From the human T2T-CHM13v2.0 reference genome, Homo sapiens, in assembly GCF_009914755.1 (NCBI RefSeq), contig NC_060934.1: a stretch of DNA of 64,000 nt. One strand, 5' to 3'. Shown here piece by piece: positions 13,051-26,999 of this stretch. How positions within the stretch are numbered: position 1 is the stretch's first letter; every line of letters begins with the position of its first letter. The notes under the pieces were generated by a model, which saw only the letters and a list, made by a program, of their open reading frames with translations, was not told the DNA's origin and made no database searches. Position numbers and translations under genes: made by a program.

Positions 13051-15401
13051 TGGTGTTGATAAATGGCCTGTGTTTACTTTTTACCCTGTACTTGTAAGGA
13101 ACACTTTAACCTAATCAGTTTTCCAAAGTTGGTAGTAAATGGTATCTACTTTGGGGAAAAACCTGAACAAAATAAACTATACTTTTTGACAGGAAAAATA
13201 GGATCAACTTCCTCCTTTTTACTTTTTATGAAAGATCAAGCTTCCGTTTAGCTACTTGCTGGAAATTAGTTTCCTGAAAAGTTCTCTTCATTGCTTCTGA
13301 GAGTTTCACAGGTTTTGTTGCATGTGTCCTACTGAACAAGTCATTTGGTGTTTCTTTTCAGGCTCTCCTTTCCTAACCATGTCATAGTGATTGCTTCAGA
13401 AGGGTCACTGACTGACATTGATGTCTCATGGTGACCCTATGCAGGAGTCTCTGCCTTTATGGTTTTATATTAGTGCTTGTGGTTCACACAGCTCTCTAGA
13501 AGACCCTACACTGCTGTACTAGTCTCTGGCTGCCCCTATATCGCACCACTTCTGTGTGCCTATAGCTGCCTTCTCTTCACTGTGAATCAGTAGAAGCTTG
13601 GAGAAGTTGCTCACCTACCCCTACATCTCTCCAGATGGCCAAGAGCAGAAATCCTACTCACATCAGAATTGCTGCAGGTCTCTCTCAGAGATCACTCAAA
13701 AGCATACCGGAGTGATCTTCTTCTGAAGAACATTAATCTTTAAGATATGAATTCCTTTAGACAAAGCCCTGGAATTTGACCTTGTATATATCCCAAGTCT
13801 TAGTTAATCAGTCATGGTGATTATCCAATAATCCAGTAATAAGGTGAAAAATACGCTAAATAGTATAACAATATTTTAGTGCAAATGATTTTAATATAGG
13901 AAAATGAATAAAGACTCTCAAGGAGAGAGATTTCAGATATATACAAATGTATATATTAAAAACCAGAAAGAAATTATTAAAATAGTGTGAATGAATGCAT
14001 TAGCTGAGAAATTGCCATCACAAATGATAAAGACAAATCCCTCTTAAAGACAATGGAAGAAGCCTGGTTTGTGATTTAAAACATGGATGTCAGAAGACAA
14101 ACAGGACTGTCTAAAATACTCATGAATATAATTTTCTTTATGGACTTGCTTCTGCTGGAGAATGTGGGTAGGGCAGTTGTCACAGATGCCAGATGTCAGC
14201 CTTTTGCTGTTGGCCCCATTTGCATTGACACCTACGGTTACATGGTACAGGAGCAGCTATCATTTGTAATGCATAATACTTCTTGTCTGCATAGGCTGTC
14301 TTGAAGTCGCAGGAAGCCCTGTGTAGTTCCCCCTAAGTCAAGTTTTATTCCTTCCATACAATGTATGTATTCACTCTTAACAGAAGTTCCCACCAAAGAA
14401 TACATTAAAATGGCTGTGGCCAGCTGGTGAATAATTAGTTTCAGAGTATTACACTTGGTTGGTTGACTCCCTTTGTCTTTCTCGTTATGTTTTGACTTTT
14501 GTTAGAAAAGCTAAAGATAATGAGATCCACAGAAGTTGCACCACCTGTCATCTTTAGGCTAAGCCTTACTGACAGAAGAGCTGAATATTAAAACATTGAG
14601 AAAAAATGTTAGTGGGAAGAAAATTGGAAGATTTTGTGGTGATGATAAATTATATACAGTGCCTTCCTATACCCAAATGATTTAGTTTATGAGCCAGAGT
14701 TCCATTTCAGCATATCTATTGGAAAGATGATAGTGTAAATATGGGGTCAGTCTCAATTGTGTGAAGAATTGGAAAGAAAATAACAGATGGGTAGTTATTT
14801 TAAGTGAAGTAGAACTAAAAGTAATACAAAATCCTTCTAAAGGCCAGAAATAAACCTTTAAATGCTGCTCTTATTTTTATGTTAGCAAGTAGCCCCAATT
14901 TACCTTCTATTTGGTGCTTTTATAATATTTAAACAGTACAACAATTATTCTTCTTAATCTTTTAGAAAACGATTGAGCAATTATTTAATTTACCACAGCT
15001 TTGTAAACATTTTTAAAAAGATACAAACAAATTACAGAATGAGTAAAGAGCTCACAATAATATGTTTCAGGAAAGTTAAAAACATGATATCTTGGAGGGA
15101 AAAATTCAAGGACAAAAATCATTGATGTTCTTATATTATTTCACATATGCATGTTGCAGAAGTCATAGAGACCCTTTAAATAATATTCTTGGATTATTTG
15201 TTTGCCTCCAGCCATCTTCAATTGTCAACCTTTTCCTCAAACAGTAGTGCATTGAAAACTTTTATTTTTAAAGAAAATTTGAAAGTGTTAACTGATTAAA
15301 CTAATTTTCTACTTGAGGATAATCCATGAAGCTAAAATAATACTGCTTTGATTGATTGCAAAAGAAAAATAAGACAATTGAATATTTTGTCTTTTTTCTA
15401 G

Positions 15402-15470
15402 ATCAAACATCAAACTGCCAAAGACAGAAAATTATTTACTGATGTACATTATTTGACAAACTATTCAAAG
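15402..15470 (+). other. Candidate 69-nt cassette exon (IKHQTAKDRKLFTDVHYLTNYSK if coding)
   Basis: Pyrimidine tract plus AG (ttgtcttttttctag), AAG|gtacct donor, phase-0 open frame; no partner exons or recognised homology. Confidence 0.25.
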
Positions 15471-15589
15471 GTACCTTTAATAGTATTTATTTCTTTAATC
15501 TACTTTTTTATGTTCAAACAAATGTGTGCTTATGAATCTTAATGTTCCACATTCACTTATGTTTAAAAAAAGCTTATGATTAAAAGGTA

Positions 15590-15770
15590 ATAGGGCATAG
15601 TCATCAGAATCCTGGGCTTTGGGTTGGACCTCAGATCTAATTTTGTCATACCACTCACTAACATGAGTTTCAGAGTAACTCATATAATCTTTCCAAACCT
15701 ATTTTTCTTATCTATAAAATGGCAGTGTTCTGAGATTTGCATTGGATATCAAAGTTAAAGCACATAACTT
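15590..15770 (+). mobile_element. MIR SINE
   Basis: MIR core-like ctatttttcttatctataaaatgg preceded by tRNA-derived head remnants. Confidence 0.65.
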
Positions 15771-15974
15771 TACAAATATTTGCAAATGTTATTAAACATA
15801 TACAGAAAATACTAATATGTGTAAATAGTAAGCATTAGATTAGTTAGATATTAGAATAGTGTTTACTATTTTTATTCAATAATTATATGTTTCATGATGA
15901 AAGAAACACATCATCTGTCTGGACAAAAAATACTTTGATGGGCAGAAATGACATTTGAAATAGTTCTTTAAAAG

Positions 15975-16120
15975 TGTCTGAGCCTGGGCTGCTACAGAAA
16001 ATACTATGGACTAGGTGACTTAAACAATAAACATTTATTTTTCACAGTCCAGGGTTTGGGAAGTCTGAAATCAGGGTGCCAGCATGATTAGGTTCTTGGC
16101 AAAAACTCTATTTCTGGTTT
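15975..16120 (-). mobile_element. MLT1A/MSTD-like MaLR LTR fragment
   Basis: gggctgctacagaaaatactatggactaggtgacttaaacaataaacatttattt...gggaagtctgaaatcagggtgccagcatg. Confidence 0.75.
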
Positions 16121-16339
16121 ACCCATCAAACTGGGTCATTTTTGACTGTGAAAGAGTGAGCTATTAAAATTTATATCAGAATTGTTTAGGACAGACAATA
16201 TGCTCTCATCAGTTAGAATGCAATGTTTTGATACAAACTGCTAACTATATGGTTGTCTAAAATAGATATCTTTATCTTGGATAACTCTTCCAAGATAAAG
16301 TCATGTTTTTTCCAGAGTTTATAGGATATTTGTCCTAGG

Positions 16340-17750
16340 AGTCTGACAGATATGTATAGATTTGTAAAACCAAACCTAAAACTCTTTATTTACTTCACTT
16401 CTACTCCCACACTAGGATAAACTAGCTCTTCTTCTTTTATTTTCGATTTCAGGAATGACCCCACTATTTATGCAGTTTTAAGCAGAGAAGGAGAGTCTCC
16501 AGGAACTATACGAATTAATCAACTTGAGCAATCAGCCTGTTTTACAGCCTCCTGCCTTGTAGACTACTTTTTCCAAAACTCTATGTGGGATGTGGTCACC
16601 TAGTTGGTTGGAACCAGCTCCTGACAGACCCCAGCAACTGACAGATGAACCTGAGTGAACTTTCCTCATTATCATGCTAAAGTCTCCATCCCGAAAGGAA
16701 CTATAGCTTCATTACCAGAACATGCAACCTTTGTGCTGGCATAAAGGCTCACTGCGTCTAAAGCAACTGGGACCCGTCCCGTACATGTGATGATGCACAC
16801 TCTCCTCTCTCCATAGCGCCATAAACTCTCTCAGGGAGACACTGCTTTGAGGAATGCTTCCTTACTTGTGCTAAGTAATAAAACTCCTATTGATTAAAAT
16901 TTGCATTCTTGTGGATTCGTTTGTTACTGGACAAGTGAGTGAATTCATTTTTTTTCAGGTTAGTCATCAAAATAAACTTTGTGGATATGATTGTACATTA
17001 CTTATTCTTTTATTCTCATACCTCCATTTATATTCATGTTCTGTTAATTCTACATTCCTAAAGAATTAAACTTTCTCTTCCAAAAGATCTATTATGGCCT
17101 TTATACAATGTCTTTATAATTTTCTATGAGAACTATTGAAGTAGCTGCCTAATTAATATCTCCGTCTTAGGTTTGTAACCTTTTTGTTCATTTTCTAGTC
17201 TTCTATCAAAGTAATCTTTCTCAAATATAAATCTGGTCATATTTGTTCCATGCTTACATCTCTTTGATTACTTCCCATTATCTACTAAAAAATGTTCAAA
17301 TGTCTGGCTCGAGAAACATGATCTTCTTGATGATTTTGCTGGCTTTTTCATCTTCATTTTCTACTTGTGACCCCTTGAATCCAACAAACCAGTTATAATA
17401 AAGCATGCTTTTCTTCATCATTTGCTACCTTTTCATGGAATATCTTATCCTTTGCCCTCCATTTCCCTTATATCTTCTCTTTGTAGATCAAGTTCAAGCA
17501 ATATGTTCTCTGTGAAGTTTTTCCTGACTAGTCCTAATGCAACTACCTCTCAAAGTTATGTTAATAGCAGACCTTCCCTTTACATAACTCCATGCTATAC
17601 AGACCTCTCTTATATTACCTACAGTATATTTCCATGTTTTTTTATCTTGCTAGCCTGTAAGACCTCTAAGGCTATTACTCATTTTTGTAATATCAAAAGT
17701 ACAAGTTATATATGGTATGTAATGAGTGATTAAAACATTTGTTGAACGAT
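16340..17750 (+). mobile_element. L2 LINE 3' portion, interrupted by an LTR
   Basis: Pyrimidine-rich L2-like motifs (ctatcaaagtaatctttctcaaatataaatctggtcat, tctctgtgaagtttttcctgac) and L2 3' terminus aaacatttgttgaacga. Confidence 0.65.
16478..16960 (+). mobile_element. ERVL-class solo LTR (LTR47-like)
   Basis: gagaaggagagtctccaggaactatacgaattaatcaacttgagcaatcagcctg; GC-richer than flanks, AATAAA near 16878; subfamily from recall. Confidence 0.65.
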
Positions 17751-17899
17751 TTTACATGTGTGTCTAAAATGCAGCGTTGGTTCCTGGACATTTCGAATAC
17801 TCAATTGAACATTTTCTAGCTTATAGGCATAATTTAGTAAGTATAAGGCTATATAATTCAATGTATTAGTAAACTAGTCATCATTGTGAGCAATCATAT

Positions 17900-18150
17900 A
17901 TTTGTTCATCAAATACTTACTAAGCATCTACTATTGTATTTTGCAGGTACCACATTATATTTGCATAATTTATATTTAAAAAGTGCATAGTCTTCACTCT
18001 TAGAAAGTATGGGATATGACTAACTTAATGATTCTATTTTCATGCCATATGTGATAAAATGAAGCATAGGGTGTTGTATGTGTATATAAGTAGAACATCC
18101 AAATTAAACTGGGTGAATCTTGAGTTAAATGTTGAAGGAGTTAGATAGAT
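17900..18150 (-). mobile_element. L2 3' fragment
   Basis: ttcatcaaatacttactaagcatctacta (antisense L2 terminus) followed by purine-rich L2 body. Confidence 0.6.
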
Positions 18151-18804
18151 GAAGAAGGGGAGATAAAACTACAATACCTTATGAATGTGTTTGGAGAAAG
18201 TATATTCCATACCTTTTAAGCCTATATACCAAATATACCGATATGCATTTTAAGTGAAAACAAGAACAATTCCATTTTACAACATTTTTAATTCATGATC
18301 TTATGAGACTTAGTAGAGTTTCATGTAAGCCAATGAAGCCCAATGTACAATCCATGTAAAAATGATATCCATTCTGCTTAAGGAACTACTAGCCAGAAGT
18401 AAATCACTTTTCAGTATAGTCTGCTTTGGATAGTTAACAGGTGAAAGTATGGATTCTCCTCAGAATTGATTAACTGATTACTATTTTCAGGAAGAAGAAG
18501 CAATAAAAGTAGTACATAAAAGATAAATATGCCTGTCAGAAAAACAAAAAGAAACCAAGTCAAGGTGTTATCTTTAGCCTCTCCCTAATCAGAAAATGAC
18601 AGGACATGCAAAAAGGTCTGTCTCCCTTTATTGGGTATTGTATTTTTCCACATATTGAGAGTAATCTGAGCTACTCAGCGATGAAACAGGGTTTTATGTC
18701 TGGGATAGGATGCTTTTTATAAAAACTGGTCCAAAATCTAATCTGTTACCTTATTCCCAGAATTTTATAGCTGGTTGAGATTTTAACAGTCTTGTCATTT
18801 CTCA

Positions 18805-19117
18805 ATGTAATTTCCCAAACATGCCTAGTCATAAAAAATTATCTGGGTTACTCATTAAAGTTACCATTACAAGATGTCTTCTCTGGAGTTTAAGTAATCA
18901 GATTTGGGGTGGTGCCCAGAAGTTTATATTTTTAAAATAACCTAGGTAAGTGTTTCCCAAATTGATGAAATTATCTTGGAATCTTGTTAGTTATGCAAAT
19001 ACTCAGGAACCATGAGACTCATTAGATCAGAACCTGCAGGGAAGGGCCTGTAAAATTGTATGTTTAACAAGCTTCCTAGATGTATCTAATCATCAGGGAA
19101 GCTTGGGCAACACTGAT
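18805..19117. mobile_element. Two adjacent MER5-like hAT-Charlie relics
   Basis: Two units starting tttcccaaa with internal cttgttag...tgcaaat and tgtatgtttaacaagcttcc; second ends gggcaacactgattag. Confidence 0.6.
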
Positions 19118-20564
19118 TAGTTTAATCACCTTATTTTATAAGCTGAGTAAATTGACAAGTTTAGGGTAACACAGTGAGGAAGCTGGAAAAAATGACATTT
19201 TTTTAATGAGGTAGATATTTTGATTTTCATGATTTTTTGTGGGAAAGAAAGAAAAACTTAAGCATTCAAGGCTTGCCAGAATAAAGAAACTAGAAAATAA
19301 TAGACTGAGAAATTGTCCCCATCTTTTCTGATCTTCTATGACTTATTCTTTCATAATATAGCTTCCCATGACTTTACAGGCATATGTTACAAAAATTTTG
19401 TTACTGTTGATGCAATGTTAAGGTAGTATTGAATTACTATTAAAGCAATATTAATGCAATATTGAATTATTATAATACTCTCACTACCAACCAATGATAA
19501 GATTCTTGAGTGGGAGATAAAGGAGGTAGAATCAGAACTAGCAGGCTGGAAATTGTGCATAGGAATCCTGTTAGCATGTGTTGGAAAGGTAGAAGGAAAA
19601 TAGATTCTCTCGTGTTTTGACCTCTGCCTATAAAGTGCATTTCTTTCTACATTTTGCACCATTTTCCACTCTTCATTCAACACTTACTAATTCATTTTCT
19701 AGTTAGGAGATGTGGCCAATGTAGTTGTTCAGAGTTGGAGACATTCTTTGAGCCACTTTTCATGATTGTATTTCTGTAAGGAATGAGCTGCAAATGTGGG
19801 GCTTGATATCTCTTCCAGCTCTCTTGGCCTGTTGCTAATTGGTAAATTAGACCTGATATTCTGCCCCAGAAACACAGACTTTTTAGTCTAAAAGGAAGGA
19901 TCAGGATAACTTCCTAAGTAGTTTTATCCGCACCAGAGCTACTCAACTGGGTCATATATACATCCTATGCAAGGGTATGCAGATAAAGCCATATATTTGA
20001 TGTATACTATAATTTTCTATAAGTGCATTGCAGGAAAAATTTGTGTTTGAATATACCCAGTGATAGAATAGTATTGCTTCAAGAGATTGCAATTCATTTT
20101 TTAGAGAGCTTTGATTGTTAAAAAAAAAAAAGATGTCTTTCTGTAACACGCTAATATCTGCCTTGGCTTCTAAATTGGGTACTAGTTTTATTCTCTGGAA
20201 CTTCTGTCAATTATATCCCTCCAGTTATTAAAGTTACTGAAGCTATTAAATTGTAGCCCTCCTCACATCTTACTCCAATCCTCATAACACCCTTCAATGG
20301 ATTACTTATCTCAAGTTTTAATTCCAGACAAGTATACACAGAGAGATGAAGAGATTTTTTAATTTTATTATAGTTTTTAAATGCTAGATTTAATTCTAAA
20401 ACCCAGGCTAAAGTTCTATTCATTGAAATATGGCTAAGCTTATTTTTCTATAGATTTTTCTCTTGGGATTAAACAAATGTGCCTTAAAAGACTAAATTAA
20501 ATATATACATATTAAAATGTTAAATAGTCTGACATGGCTATCAAAGACAAATGGTTGTTGGCTC

Positions 20565-20755
20565 GCTCTACATATATATAAATTTAAAATATATATACCT
20601 ATATAATCGTATATTATAATATATAAAGCATACACTTGTCTACATACTATCTACTATAGTATATAGTATATACTTTACACTAAACTATATACACTGTATA
20701 CACACATGAAGTATTTAGATATTGATATATACACACACACACATACATATATAGA
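20565..20755. repeat. TA/CA-rich low-complexity tract
   Basis: Degenerate (TA)n and (CA)n runs. Confidence 0.8.
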
Positions 20756-21026
20756 AGCAGTGTAAATTGGGGAAAATGGGAAAAAGTAATATGGTCACCA
20801 TATGGCTCGGTTATTCAAGTAAGAATATTAACAGTTAAACATGTATATCTATGTTTATGGTTTTATGGAAGTATTAAATATCAAACAAAAGGCCATATCT
20901 ATCTATTAGTGAAGATGAGACATGCTGTGGTAGTTTTTCCTTGATACTTTTTAACTTCATAAAGACAAGCATATCCGTTCAGAACTTATCAAAAGTGATA
21001 TCGTTAGCCACATAGAATTTCTAGCA

Positions 21027-22730
21027 GATGAAAGAAGTCAGAGAAGAAACAAATAAATGGAAAAATATTCCTTGCTCATGGATTGAAAGAATCAATAACG
21101 TTAAAATGGCTATAATATCCAAAGCAATGAACAGATTCAGCGCTATCCCTATCAAAATACCAATGTCAGTTTTCACAGAATTAGAAATATCTATTCTAAA
21201 ATTTATTTGGAACCAAAAAATAGCCTGAATAGCCAGAACAATCGTAAACAAACAAAAAACACAAAGCTGGAGGCATCACATTTCCTGATTTGAAATTATA
21301 CTATAATGCTATACTACCCAAAACAGCCTGGTATTGGAGCAAAAACAGGTATGTACCAGTGGAACAGAATAGAGAACCCAAAAACAAAGCTGCACATCTA
21401 CAATCATCTGATCTTTGACAAAAATAAGCAGTGAGGAAAGGACCCCCTATTCAATAAATGGTGCTGGGATAACTGGCTAGCCATATGCAAAAGAATGAAA
21501 CTGGGCCCCTACCCCTCACCATATATAAAAACTAACTCAAGATGGGTTAAAGATTTAAATGAAAGACTTCATACTAATAAGAAAAGTCCTAGAAGAAAAC
21601 CTAGAAAATACCCTTCTCCACCTAGGCTTTGGCAAAGTATTTATGGCTAAGTCCCCAAAAGAAATTGCAACAAAACCAAAAATTGGCAAGTAGGACCTAA
21701 TGAAACTAAAGAGATTCTGCACAGGAAAAAACAAAACAAAACAAAAAACAAAACACACAAACAAAAAAACACAGTAAACAGAGAGCCTACAGAATGGGAA
21801 TAAATATTCACAAACTGCAACCAACAGGTCTGATACCCAGAATCTACAAGGAACTTAAAGAAATAGACAAACAAAAAATCCAATTAAACGATGGGCAAAG
21901 GATATGAATAGATATTTCTCAAAACACACAAGCAACCAACAAACATGAAAAAATTCTCAATATCACTAATCATCAGGGAAACGCACATCAAAACCACAGG
22001 GAGATACTATCTCACACCAATCAGAACAGCTATTATTAAAAAGTCAAAAAATAACAGATGCTGGTGAGGCTGAGGACAGAAAGAAACACTTACACGCTGT
22101 TGGTGGGAATGCAAACTAGTTCAGCCACTGTGGAAAGCAGTTTGGATAATTTAAAATGGAACTATCATCCAACCCAGCAACCCCACTACTGGCTATATAC
22201 CCTAAGGAAAGTAATTCATTCTATCAAAAAGACACATGCACTCGTATGTTCATTGCAGCACTATTCACAATAAAAAAGGCATGAAATCAACCTAGGTGCC
22301 CGTCAACACTGGGTTTGATTTAAAAAATATGCTTCATATACACCATGGAATACTAAGCAGCCATTATAAAAAAAAAAAAACAAAATTATGTCCGTTGCAG
22401 CAACGTGGATGGAGCTGGAAGCTCCTAAGCCTCCTAAGTGAGGCTTATCCTAGGTAAACTAACGCAAGAACAGAAAACCAAATACTGCATATTCTTACTT
22501 ATAAATGGGAGCTAAACATTAAATACACATGAATGTAAATATGAGTACAATAAATACTGGGGACTACTAGACAGAGGAGGATGGGAGTAGGGCATGGGCT
22601 AAAGAACTGCCTTTGGGTACTATGCTAGCTGCCTGGGTGATGGGATCACTGGGACCCTAAGCCTCAGCGTCATGCAATATACTGCACACTTACCCCTTAA
22701 TCTGTAATAAAAGTTGAAATTATAAAAGAA
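21027..22730 (+). mobile_element. 5'-truncated L1 (L1PA16/17-like), ~1.7 kb
   Basis: ORF2 remnant [20 protein letters not shown]...IPIKIPM..F; 3' UTR with AATAAA and A-tail; perfect 13-bp TSD agaatttctagca (21014-21026 / 22731-22743). Confidence 0.95.
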
Positions 22731-23210
22731 AGAATTTCTAGCATATACAGAAAGTAGATGCCCTATCATTGCTTTATTCATTTCTAAAAAATAAATTTGG
22801 TATCTCCTCTGAATGAGAGAACATTCATTATCTATTTTTGCTTGAATTACTAATGTCCTCTGTTCATTTTTCTTCACCACTTCTATCTTATTCCAAGTAA
22901 TTTTTACCAGACTTGAAGCCCCTACTATAATCCCATAGGCACAGGATCTGTGTCTATGTATAAGGCAGCTTTAAACTTTCCAGAGAGGAGTCAATAAAAT
23001 GTTTATTTGGTTAACAACTTAAATATTAAAACATTTCGGATATCGATGGGATTGTTAAATTTCTATTCTATTTATAACATTCAATTGATAAAATTAGTTA
23101 TTAATATTCAAGCATACATAATATAAAGTAATATATTAATTTATGACACTATTGTGTTGCAGTCCTGTATTTCATGAATAGGTTTGTTCAACCAATTTAC
23201 AAAACTAATG

Positions 23211-23613
23211 TGTACCATTTCATTCTTGTATTACTATAAAGGAATACCTAAGGCTGGATAATTTACAGAGAAAAGAGGTTGGCTTACTGTTCTGCAGGCT
23301 GTACAAGCATGGCACCAACATCTGCTCAGCTTCTGGTGAGGAACTCAGGAGCTTACAAGAAGTGGGACTAGGCATGTCACGTGATAAGAGTGGGAACAAC
23401 AAGGTGGGGGCGAGGAGGGAGGTCTCAGACTTTTAAACAACCAGATCTACAGTGAACTGAGTGAGAACTCACTTATCACCAAAGTCATAGTGCAAAACCA
23501 TTCATGAGAGATCCACCCCATGATTCAGTTACCTCCCACAAGACCCCACCTCCAACACTGGGAATCACATTTCAACGTGAGATTTGGAGGGGACAAACAT
23601 CCAAACAAAATCA
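23211..23613 (-). mobile_element. MSTB-like MaLR solo LTR
   Basis: ctataaaggaatacctaaggctggataattt...catctgctcagcttctggtgagg...ggaggggacaaacatccaaacaaaatca. Confidence 0.9.
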
Positions 23614-25689
23614 CAGTGCTTTCAAAGTTCATGTACATTGGAGTCTCTGAAAATTTGGCCTCAAGGCACAGAAATATATTTGTATTACTATGTACAGTTT
23701 TTGTCATTTCTTTTATAGGTTTCTATTTATACCCCATAATAGATAACCACTTATTTCACTGCTTCTTAAAATAAGCAGTTGATCTACAAAAAACACTATG
23801 CCTGCAATTGTGAAATACCTCTGAAATAATGAGTAAATCTGTGTTTAATTTATTTTTCTTTTTAAAAACCGGTGTGTTTGATGACCTTTTAATTATCCCA
23901 AATTCACTTTGTTTGAAGGTATATCTCTCTCAAGCAGTACTTTGATGTTCAAAATTAAGTAGTTCAAAAGGAGCTTTGTAATTCTACAGAGTTTTAAGAA
24001 GTTATACATATGTAACTTTCTCAGGGGTGATTCTGAGAAGAAACCTCCTTAAAAGTGGACATATTTTATTTTACTATTATAACAAATTAGCCTAGTGATT
24101 TCAGAATTGTAATTTTATTTATCATAGCTTTAATATATGAAGAATATTACATGTAATATGTGAGACAAGATGGTAGTACTTATTTCTCAGTAAAACATAC
24201 TAGTGTCCAATATTCTTATTTTTGATGTCTCTGACAATCATTAACCTCTTTTTATAGAGTTCTGTATATTCAGAAAAATTATTCCTGGCATTATTTTGTT
24301 CATTTACACGTATTCATGGATATTATTATTTTATAAGCGTAGAGTTTTTTCCATTAGTCTCTTATTCTTTATTTCACCTTTTAGATATTCTATAGTTTAA
24401 AACTGTTGGTATAAACTTACATAACATGATTGACATCCTTATCACTATTCTTAAGTTGGGTAGTAACACCCCAAAACCCTGTGGATGTTCTTTTATATTA
24501 CCAACTATTGTTATCCTCCCTTATCTTGTATATGGGTATTTTCTTTGGAACAATAAAAATATTTTATTGTCAGTATCTAGAATTAGCCCAAAAGAATTAA
24601 TAGGCTCTGATTTCATTTCAGATAATGTCTCTCAATGACAAAATTATGAAGTGATTTTTTTAACTGCAGCTCCTTCTGTTGAATTACTGTTATTTAGAAA
24701 ATTTATACTGACTTACGATTTTCTAACATAGTTAAAACTAAGTTTTCTGGTGCTTACATGCAGAGATATGTCTTACCTGGACTCACAAGTAGAAAGAAAT
24801 GCCAATGGAATAAATTTGTAGCAGAGGAGAAAATTGGAATATATAAAAACATCATAGGGCACATGCAAACATGCATACACAGTTCACTACTGGCAGTTAA
24901 TGTATTTCAGTGTCTTCTGTTTTTTCTTTTAGAAAGCATTTCAATTTTTTTTTGTCTAGTGTAATTACAATTCTGTGTGTGTGTGTGTGATTGCTACTAT
25001 GTTACTTAAGGAATATTTTGAGCATTTATTAAACAATAAGAAAATAATATTTTGACATAAAAAATTAAAAATATTATTTTCAATTTTCCTTTTTCAGTCT
25101 TTGTCAATTAGACAAGTTTATGTAGGACTTAATCTCAAAATTATTCTATTTGCTAGAAAACATACAATGCACTTTCACATATTGGGCTGGAGAGGTGACT
25201 TTATAAGACTGAGGTTTAAGAATATGGAATTTTGGAATTAAGAGATTTAAAATTCAATCCCTTTATTTTAAAGAAAAAAAATTCTAAGCCATAGAAAGGT
25301 GAAGAGAATTGTTCACTTCTAGTGAAGGTTATATAGTGATTAAGGCTTAAGCTCTGTTTCAGAGAAGGACTGAATTTAATGACACTGGGGAAAAAAAAAT
25401 ATTTCAGAGGCAGGGAAGCCTCTGAGCAAAGGGCAATGAGTATAATGTTTTTTGCTGGTGCCAATGGGGATAACTATAGGTAAAGGTTATAGGAAAGAGA
25501 CTTTGAAAGTAAGCCAAATAATTTGTATAATTACAGCACACACACAAAAAACTTAATATAAATTGGTGTAGACTGGGAAAATATCATTTGGGGGCCCCCT
25601 TCCTTTGAAGTCTAGAAAATATTGCCTTTTAACACCACCCCTTACTCCTGCCTATTTATTGCTATGGGGAAGCCCAGAGTTCACAAAGT

Positions 25690-26612
25690 TCTAATATGCA
25701 GAGTCTACAAAGAACTTACACAAATTTACAAGAAAAAAGTTGGCTAAGAACACGAAAAGACACTTTTCAAAAAAAGTCACACATATGGTCAACAAACATG
25801 AAAAAAAGCTCAACGTCAAAACAAAATCAGAATGAAATAGCATCTCATGCCAGTCAGAATGGCGATTATTTAAAAAGTCAAAAATCAACAGATGCTGGTG
25901 AGGTTGTGGAGAAAAAGGAATGCTTTTACATTGTTGGTGGGAGTGTAAATTAGTTCAACTATTTTGGAAGACAGTGTGGCGATTCCTCAAAGATCTAGAG
26001 GCAGAAATACCATTTGACCCAGCAATCACATTACTGTATATACCCCAAGTAATATAAATCATTCTATTATAAAGATACATGCACATGTATGGTCAATGTA
26101 GCACTATTCACAATAGCAAAGACATGGAATCAACCCAAATGCCCATTGGTGATACACTGAATAAAGAAAATGTGGTACATATATGCCATGGAATACTATG
26201 CAGCCATAAAAAGGAATTAGATCATGTTCTTTCCAGAAACATGGATGGAGCTGGAAGCCGTTATCCTCAGCAAACTAACACAGGAACAGAAAACCAGAGA
26301 CAGTGTGTTCTCACTTATAAGGGGGAGCTGAATGATGAGAACACATGGACACGTGGTGGGGAAACCACACACACTGGGGCCTGTCAGGGAGGGTGTCAGG
26401 GGAAGGGAGAGCATCAGAAAGATACAGCTAATGCATGCTGGGTATAATATCTGGGTGATGGTATGATCTGTGCTGCAAACCACCATGGCACACATTTACC
26501 TACGTAACAAACCTGCACATCCTGCACATGTACCCCTGAGCTTACCGTAAAAATTGAAGGAAAAAAAACACAACACAACAAAACAAAAACCAAACAAAAC
26601 AAACCAAAACAG
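25690..26612 (+). mobile_element. 5'-truncated L1PA (L1PA13-15-like) 3' end with internal deletions
   Basis: ORF2 C-terminal and 3' UTR motifs (aaaccaccatggcacac, gtaacaaacctgcacatcctgcacatgtacccctg), (CAAAA)n tail. Confidence 0.93.
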
Positions 26613-26999
26613 AAACATATTCCTAGTACCTGGCATACAGTACTTGGAAGCTAAGAGGTGCTAAATAAATAGTTACAATTTTTTTTTTCTTCATGATGCA
26701 ATCTACGCCATCTTCTTTGTTTTCTATTTCCTTAATTTCTCTTTTACCTTATAAGCCCTTTCTTCTTGTTTCTTTTATTTTATCATGTTTCAAACTTATC
26801 GGGTTTAATATTTAATCAATTTATCTTTCAATCCAAAAAAAATTTCTAATAAAGTCATGTAAGGTAAAAAAGAATTTCTGCACATTCCTTAACAGCTGAA
26901 CTTCATGTAATTATTTCTGACTCTGAAATTTAGATTCCTTTTGAATGTGTTTGGGCTACAGTTTGCCTTGTTCTTCTCAGGGTATCTCTTAGTATGGTT

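Noticed and set aside
13340-13760. Acceptor (ttcttttcag) followed by a GC-richer unique block
   Set aside because: No sustained frame or convincing donor; cannot be told from background.
22421-22455. Small ctcctaag duplication and aagcctc/gaggctt inversion in L1
   Set aside because: Arms of 7-8 bp are too short to interpret.
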